From an uncultured delta proteobacterium (GTDB lineage: Bacteria > Desulfobacterota > Binatia > Binatales > Binataceae), in the NCBI GenBank assembly GCA_963711565.1, contig CAVQEQ010000002.1, positions 160,001-224,000 on the forward strand: a DNA stretch of 64,000 nt. Direction: 5' to 3'. Position numbers and translations under genes: made by a program. The notes under the pieces were generated by a model. That model did no database searches and was not told where the DNA came from. It saw only the letters and a list, made by a program, of their open reading frames with translations. How positions within the stretch are numbered: the first letter of the stretch is position 1; each line of letters opens with the position of its first letter. This document shows positions 58,003-64,000 of this stretch, in pieces.

Positions 58003-61000
58003 TTCTCGATGAGCGCTGGCGCAGTCGGTTCGCTCTGGATCCGCCGATAGAAGAACTCGTAAACGCAGGGCACCAGGAAAAGCGTGAGTCCGGTGGAAAC
58101 GATAAGACCGCCGACAGCCGCCCTCGCCAAAGGAGCTGAAGCTTCGGATCCCTCGCCCAGTTTCATCGCGATTGGCATAAGTCCCGCAACAGTCGCCAAC
58201 GCGGTCATCAGGATTGGCCTCATTCTTATCCGCGCCGACTCGATCGCCGCGCGTCTTAACTCCTGTCCCTGGCGACGTCGTTCATTGGCGAAATCGACGA
58301 GCAATATCGAGTTCGACACCACGATGCCGACCATCACGATGATCCCCATGAAGGACTCGATGTTAAGCGTAGTCCCGGTTAGCCATAGAGTCCAAATGAC
58401 TCCTATCAATCCCATAGGAACGGCGAACATGATGATTAGCGGATCGAGGAACGACCGAAATTGAGCCACCATCACCAGGTAGAGCAGAACCACTGCCAGC
58501 GAAAGCCCGAAGCCGAAGCTCGCGAACGATTTCTGCATCGAGGCTACCGCGCCGCGATACCTCACGGAGACTCCCGCAGGCAGAGTCATCTTGCTCACTT
58601 CGCTTTGGATCTTCGCCTGCGTGCCACCTTGATCGGAGGTGCTGGGCGCGACCAGCAGATCGACGACACGTTGAATGCTGTAATGATCGGCTTCGGAAGG
58701 GTGGAACTCGGGAGAAATCGTCGCCACATCTCTTAGCAACAGGCTTGACGCGTGCCCGGTTTCCCTGTTCACGGTCTCGATTGGAATGTTCTGCAGTACT
58801 TCAAGCGAATCGAAGCCGTTCTCGGCGCCTGGATACTGCGCCGTTAGAAAGTAGTCGTCGTTGTCGGCGTGGTCGATCCAAATCGACGGCTTGATGTAGA
58901 GGTTTGAATCGAGCGCGGTGATAACGTTCTGTATAACCTGCTGTTGCGCGACGCCCAAACGCGCTGCTCTTACCCGGTCAACCTTTATATTCAATGTCGG
59001 ATAGTCCAACTCCTGCGCGATGAAACTCTGCGAGACCTCGGGCAGACTGTTGATTTTTTCCTGAAGTTCCTTTGCCGCCTTATTCAGATCGCTGAAGCTG
59101 CGGCCCGCAAACTGCACATCGATCGAGGCCATCATTCCCAGATTTAGAACAGAGTCGATTATGCTGCCCGAGGAAAACAGGGTCCGCGCGTCCGGTATTT
59201 GTACAGGCAGAATTTGTTTCAACTGGGCTACGTAGTACTCGGTCGGATGCCGATGTCCGGCCTTGAGCGCGACCTGCATGAAAGCTGAATCCTGGGCTGC
59301 GTTGGGCGAGTAAATCGCCGAAATGCTGGGGGCAATTCCGATATTCGATACGACCATGTCGAGCTGGTCCGGCGGAATCACTTTACGAATGATGGCCTCG
59401 ATTTGACGCGCCATGTCCGTGGTCTTTTCGATGCGGGTACCGGCGGGCGCGCGAAAATTGATCGTGAAGGTTCCCGCATCGGTTTCGGGAAACAACTCAG
59501 TGCCAAGCCGTGGATACATCGCGAGGCTGACGACGAACAGAATCGCGACTCCGATGATCACCACCGACTTGTGGTTCAGCGCATTTTCAAGCAGACGTTC
59601 GTAGCCTGAGGCAAAACGCTCATACACGCGATTGAACGCTGCGAATATCCCGGATGATTCTCCGTGTTCCGCCGCGAGCGCCTGTTCGGTGGTCAGAAAG
59701 CGAGCGCAGTAGAGCGGTATTATGCTCATCGAGACCAGATACGACGCCCCCATCGACAGCACCACCGCCAGCGCCAGCGCACTGAACAGATACTTGGCGA
59801 CTCCGAACAGAAACATGACTGGGAAGAAAACGACGCAGGTAGTTATGGTCGACGCGAGAACTGGAAGTGCTACTTCCTCGGCTCCTTCTCGTGCGGCGAT
59901 GTGCGGTTCCTTGCCCTCCGCCAGGTGGCGATTGATGTTCTCGAGCACCACCACGGAGTCGTTGACCAGCCGGCCTATCGCCAGCGCGAATCCGCCGAGG
60001 GTCATGATGTTGATGGTCGAGCCGTTCATGAAAAGACCGAATCCACCGGCCAGAATGGAAAGCGGAATGGAGAGAAAAATCGCAAAGGTCGATCGGAAAC
60101 TGCCGAGAAATATCAGAATTACCAGCGATGCCAGCACCGAGCCGGATATCGCCTCATGTTCCAGACTGGCCACCGCCTGCCTGACGTAAATGGACTGGTC
60201 GAGGATGGTTTTCAGTTTCATCCCTGCAGGCAGGCCGAAAACTTTCGGCAGAAGGTCCTTGATCCCATCGACCACCGAGATTGTATTTGCGCCGGCCTGC
60301 CGCAGAATCGGGACGTATACCGAAGGTTGTCCGTTGATGAGCACTTTGTTGTATTGAATCTGAGCTGAGTCATCGACCTTCGCGACATCGTCCATCAGCA
60401 CCGGCGCCTGACCGCGTCCTATCTTCACCGGCACCTGGCCGATGTCAGGCACCTTTTCAATCATGCTGTTCGAGTAGATGTAATAATCCTTGGACCCGAT
60501 CTTAACGTCGCCCGCGGGCAGGATGAGGTTGGACGTGTCGAGCGCATGGACAACGTCCATTAGCGAAAGGCCACGCGCTTGCAGCGCTTGCGAATTCGCA
60601 TAAGCCATCACTTGGCGAAACTTGCCGCCGAAGGGGATAGGTATTGACGCCCCCGGCACGGTCGCGAGCTGATTGCGAACGTTGTAGCGGGCTTGATCCT
60701 CGAGTTGAGTCTCGTCGAAGCCCTTACCCTCGAGCGTGACCAACACCACCGGCAGCGAGGACACGTCATATTGCAACACCAGCGGCGGGAGAGTGCCTGG
60801 AGGCATGATGCCCAGATCAGCCATCGCCAGGGTTCCCATCTGCGCAGCCGCAGACGCGACGTCGGTGCCCGGCTGAAAGAATACTTTGATGATGCTCACG
60901 CCCGACAGCGAACGTGACTCTATATGATCGATGTTGCTGCCTAGCGTAAAAAACCGCTCGTAGCGAAAGGTTATGTTGTCTTCCATGTCCAGCGGCGGCA

Positions 61001-61169
61001 TACCTTGGTAGAAGGTAGCGACGACAACCGCCGGGATTTTGATGTCCGGAAAAACGTCCGTTGGCATCCGCGTAAACGCAGTTGCACCCAGAATGACGGT
61101 CATCAGCGCTCCGACAATGATTAGGTACGGATTGCGCAGTGAAAAACTTGGCACGGTGCAAACTCCCAT
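57999..61169 (-). CDS. RND efflux permease (AcrB/CusA family)
   Basis: 1056 aa; NIMTLGG, VVLENI, RMRPILMT. Confidence 0.93.
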   Translation of the reverse strand: MGVCTVPSFSLRNPYLIIVGALMTVILGATAFTRMPTDVFPDIKIPAVVVATFYQGMPPLDMEDNITFRYERFFTLGSNIDHIESRSLSGVSIIKVFFQPGTDVASAAAQMGTLAMADLGIMPPGTLPPLVLQYDVSSLPVVLVTLEGKGFDETQLEDQARYNVRNQLATVPGASIPIPFGGKFRQVMAYANSQALQARGLSLMDVVHALDTSNLILPAGDVKIGSKDYYIYSNSMIEKVPDIGQVPVKIGRGQAPVLMDDVAKVDDSAQIQYNKVLINGQPSVYVPILRQAGANTISVVDGIKDLLPKVFGLPAGMKLKTILDQSIYVRQAVASLEHEAISGSVLASLVILIFLGSFRSTFAIFLSIPLSILAGGFGLFMNGSTINIMTLGGFALAIGRLVNDSVVVLENINRHLAEGKEPHIAAREGAEEVALPVLASTITTCVVFFPVMFLFGVAKYLFSALALAVVLSMGASYLVSMSIIPLYCARFLTTEQALAAEHGESSGIFAAFNRVYERFASGYERLLENALNHKSVVIIGVAILFVVSLAMYPRLGTELFPETDAGTFTINFRAPAGTRIEKTTDMARQIEAIIRKVIPPDQLDMVVSNIGIAPSISAIYSPNAAQDSAFMQVALKAGHRHPTEYYVAQLKQILPVQIPDARTLFSSGSIIDSVLNLGMMASIDVQFAGRSFSDLNKAAKELQEKINSLPEVSQSFIAQELDYPTLNIKVDRVRAARLGVAQQQVIQNVITALDSNLYIKPSIWIDHADNDDYFLTAQYPGAENGFDSLEVLQNIPIETVNRETGHASSLLLRDVATISPEFHPSEADHYSIQRVVDLLVAPSTSDQGGTQAKIQSEVSKMTLPAGVSVRYRGAVASMQKSFASFGFGLSLAVVLLYLVMVAQFRSFLDPLIIMFAVPMGLIGVIWTLWLTGTTLNIESFMGIIVMVGIVVSNSILLVDFANERRRQGQELRRAAIESARIRMRPILMTALATVAGLMPIAMKLGEGSEASAPLARAAVGGLIVSTGLTLFLVPCVYEFFYRRIQSEPTAPALIEN

Positions 61170-61266
61170 TCCCGGCTAAGTGCTTAGGCCGGTGGTTTTC
61201 AAACTCGACCACGAACGCCCGCGAACACTTGCTCGCGTGCTGGCGAATCACGAGTGAAAAGTTTGC

Positions 61267-61629
61267 TTAGAGCGGGTCTTGGCTTTCCGCGCGCGAGGGG
61301 AGCAACTTGTATCGTCTTACTATCGGTCTTACAAAAGATGTCTCAGATCTGAAACTCAACAACGGTTCGGCGGACTGATCGTCCGCAACAAGCTTCAGAT
61401 TCTGCTGCAATGGCACGCCATTCGCCGCGTAGCCAGCCTCTAGATCGGGCAGCCGCGACGAATTATCGGTGAACCGCTGCGCCCCACTCAGAGTTGCGCC
61501 CTCCAGCGATGCGCACGAGAGCTGTACGTGTGGATGCTGCAATCGAGGCGCAAACGCCACAGCGCTTATCGCGACAAGAATCAAGGCAACGAGCTGTAGA
61601 TGTCGGCGAGAAAGCATTGTGCAACGCAC
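61267..61629 (-). CDS. Hypothetical exported protein
   Basis: Signal-like N-terminus; lies upstream of the RND operon. Confidence 0.4.
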   Translation of the reverse strand: MRCTMLSRRHLQLVALILVAISAVAFAPRLQHPHVQLSCASLEGATLSGAQRFTDNSSRLPDLEAGYAANGVPLQQNLKLVADDQSAEPLLSFRSETSFVRPIVRRYKLLPSRAESQDPL

Positions 61630-61802
61630 ATTTTATCCTACCTCGTTTTGAATGCAAGCGAAGCCGATCTTCTCGCGCGCGTGAGGCTTCCAGCTTCGGC
61701 ACCCGACCGCTCGCGCAAATAACAAGATTGGAGTACGAATCAACAGACGCTGTTCGCAACAGCGATGAAAATAACAATCTCGCTGCGGCCACCGAGCCCG
61801 TC

Positions 61803-62366
61803 ATGACCGCCGAACACTGGATCGACCTCAGCTGCCACCCATCGACGCGCAATGGGGCGGTGCGCGCCATTCAAGTGCTTGTACACCGCTCGGCCAACGC
61901 TGAACTCCAACTGACCTACCGACTCGACGGAGACCTTCCGCGTATCCGCATTCCTTCTCCGGGCGCGCCGCGCATCGGCACCGAGCTATGGCGCCACACC
62001 TGCTTCGAGGCCTTCATCGCGCTGCAAGGGCAACCTGCCTATCACGAGTTCAACTTCTCGCCGTCGGGTGAGTGGTGCGCCTACACCTTATCAGGCTATC
62101 GCAACGGCACTCCCGCTGCGGACGAAATGATGCGCCCTCACATCGCCGTGAACTCGACCAGCAGTCGCCTCGAGCTCGACGCTCTCATCCGCCTCGATCG
62201 CCTGTCTGTCGTCCACCCGCGCGCTGTTCTCCGCATCGGACTCTCTGCCGTCATCGAGGCGGGCGACAGGACGCTCTCGTACTGGGCGCTACGCCATCCC
62301 ACCGACAAGCCGGATTTTCACAACGCCGATAGCTTCGCCCTCCTGCTCGACCCGCCAGCCGTGTAG
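61803..62366 (+). CDS. DOMON-like domain protein
   Basis: LWRHTCFEAF, YHEFNFSPSGEW, SYWAL.HP..KPDFH. Confidence 0.85.
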   Translation: MTAEHWIDLSCHPSTRNGAVRAIQVLVHRSANAELQLTYRLDGDLPRIRIPSPGAPRIGTELWRHTCFEAFIALQGQPAYHEFNFSPSGEWCAYTLSGYRNGTPAADEMMRPHIAVNSTSSRLELDALIRLDRLSVVHPRAVLRIGLSAVIEAGDRTLSYWALRHPTDKPDFHNADSFALLLDPPAV

Positions 62367-62397
62367 GCCTTGATTCCGAATCAACAGAGTCTCGGCG

Positions 62398-62440
62398 GAT
62401 TGTTCCCCTTCCCTCGAGGGAAGGGGTTAGGGGTTAGGTT
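62398..62440 (-). repeat. REP-like palindromic element, copy 2
   Basis: Reverse complement identical to 537-579 except the loop (TCGA vs ATGT). Confidence 0.85.
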
Positions 62441-62443
62441 CCT

Positions 62444-63172
62444 ATGAAGCGCTCACAACCAGGAGCTCTTAACCGCCACCACGTGGACCGTCTTCTATCA
62501 AAAATGAATGATGATCGTTCCAGCGCCGGCCGAATCGACGTTATCTCCCGCCACTTCCTTGGACGTCCCTACAAATCAAATCCGCTGATTGGAACCGCCG
62601 ACACGCCGGAAGTGTTCACGGCTTCCCTCGACGGATTCGACTGCGTCACCTACATCGAAACAGTAGTGGCGCTCTATCGCTCTTCCAACGTTGACGACTT
62701 CACCAACTGGCTGCGAAAGATTCGCTACGACCGCGGCCTCATTCAATGGGCACGGCGCAATCACTACATGACGTCCTGGATTCGTAACAACGTCCGCGAA
62801 GGTATAATCAGTCCGCTTTCGATGCCGGCCGTCCCTATGGTTAGCAGGGAACGCATTCTGAATGTTGTGCCCGGACTCTCTCCGCGGCGGACTCGTCTGA
62901 AATGTGTACCGAAGCGATCAGTGCTGCGCCTCCAACAATTTCTGCAAACCGGTGATCTGATTTTCTTCGCGTCAACGCGCAAGCATCTCGACGTGTTTCA
63001 TGCTGGAATCATCGTGCGCGATGGCAAAAGAGTTCTTATGCGTCACGCGTCGCGGAGCAAGGGCTTTGTCGTGGAACAGGAATTGAGCGAGTTCCTCAAG
63101 TCAAACCGGATGGCCGGCGTCATCGTGATGCGCCCGCGACCGCTGACGCGGCGCATCGGAGTTGGTACCTAA
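62444..63172 (+). CDS. DUF1460 / AmiA-like NlpC/P60 amidase
   Basis: FLGRPY, FDCVTYIE, RNHY, GDLIFF, LDVFHAG, HAS. Confidence 0.85.
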   Translation: MKRSQPGALNRHHVDRLLSKMNDDRSSAGRIDVISRHFLGRPYKSNPLIGTADTPEVFTASLDGFDCVTYIETVVALYRSSNVDDFTNWLRKIRYDRGLIQWARRNHYMTSWIRNNVREGIISPLSMPAVPMVSRERILNVVPGLSPRRTRLKCVPKRSVLRLQQFLQTGDLIFFASTRKHLDVFHAGIIVRDGKRVLMRHASRSKGFVVEQELSEFLKSNRMAGVIVMRPRPLTRRIGVGT

Positions 63173-63181
63173 GTCTAATAC

Positions 63182-63907
63182 ATGACTACCGTCACTCCCG
63201 AACTTCAGAGAGCCTGGTTCTTGCTGCGGCCTCTCGCACGCCAGTTGATGGACTCACATCGGCTCTCGGCGACTCCTGAACTGAACGCCCGTCCGGCCCC
63301 TCTCTTCGTGCTGATTCGTGGCACGTCCAACGTTACCTGGGGCGTGCGGAACGACGTCCCCGTGGAAATTGCCGCCCAACTCGATCGGCTGGCCGGCGAC
63401 GAATCGCCCGTCAGAGATTTTCAGGCGCCGCCGCTGCACGCCGACGCATACCAATCGCTCGTAGGCGGCCAGATCTTGTCAGGTCCCGCGTTCGGATTTC
63501 CTGACGAGATTGCGCACTCCACCAACGTCGTACTCGTTGACCGGCTGGATCTGCTTGAGCGGAATTTTCGCGGATGGATCGCCGAGGAGATTTCATGGTG
63601 TTCGCCGATCGTTGCGGTCATGGACGGCGGTTACCCTGTCAGCGTTTGCTTTTGCGCGACGAGGAATTCCGCGCCGGCGATCGAGGCGGGAGTTGAAACT
63701 GCTGCCGCTTTCCGCGGACGCGGACTCGCCCCGCGCGTGACTGCCGCATGGGCTTGCGCAATCCGAGCATCCGGACGAATCCCGCTCTACAGCACCTCGT
63801 GGAACAACGCCGGCTCGCGCGCCGTGGCCCGCAAGCTGGGTCTCATACAATACGCCAGCGATTGGAGTTTGGTTGAGAACGACAAAACACCCGGTAACCC
63901 CTCATGA
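63182..63907 (+). CDS. GNAT family acetyltransferase
   Basis: EAGVET..FRGRGLA, YSTSWNN..SRAVARKLG. Confidence 0.82.
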   Translation: MTTVTPELQRAWFLLRPLARQLMDSHRLSATPELNARPAPLFVLIRGTSNVTWGVRNDVPVEIAAQLDRLAGDESPVRDFQAPPLHADAYQSLVGGQILSGPAFGFPDEIAHSTNVVLVDRLDLLERNFRGWIAEEISWCSPIVAVMDGGYPVSVCFCATRNSAPAIEAGVETAAAFRGRGLAPRVTAAWACAIRASGRIPLYSTSWNNAGSRAVARKLGLIQYASDWSLVENDKTPGNPS

Positions 63908-64000
63908 ACGAAGAGTTTCAACGGGCTCTGAAAGCCGGAGACCTCGACGCGGTCCGTGGATTCCCAAAGGCCGATCTACACAACCATGGATGGGCCGGCG
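63904..64000 (+). CDS. Adenosine deaminase-like protein (5' part only)
   Basis: MNEEFQRALKAGDLDAVRGFPKADLHNHG (PKxDLHxH). Confidence 0.7.
   Translation, partial: MNEEFQRALKAGDLDAVRGFPKADLHNHGWAG

Noticed and set aside
1-64000. CRISPR arrays, rRNA, transposases, phage genes
   Set aside because: None recognised; no regularly spaced repeats seen.

Overview
This is a GC-rich bacterial chromosome window of about 60 genes. The gene repertoire (many SDR, GST, P450, LLM-F420 and amidohydrolase genes, plus archaeal-type ProRS) resembles Candidatus Binatota or related soil bacteria; this is inference only. Core genes are lemA, tRNA-Ala(GGC), recN, nadK, nfo, trpS, proS, a peptide ABC transporter, pccB/pccA/BCCP/methylmalonyl-CoA mutase and glgP. 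Accessory modules are a TetR-linked SDR/GST/CoA-transferase cluster, RES-Xre and VapBC toxin-antitoxin pairs, three tandem P450 paralogs and an RND efflux operon. Four items are not shown by the ORF track. (1) A probable Rdx (SelW/SelT/SelH) selenoprotein at 26224-26526, with CxxU, a SECIS-like hairpin, a leaderless promoter and a MinD-like amphipathic tail. (2) A two-gene module at 32636-33587, HTH protein plus NDT/TIR-like protein, with its own promoter. (3) A structured intergenic RNA candidate at about 15180-15290. (4) Several single-base frameshifts, three of them at GCGGC, possibly methylation-linked sequencing errors. All calls come from reading the sequence by eye; no database searches were run.
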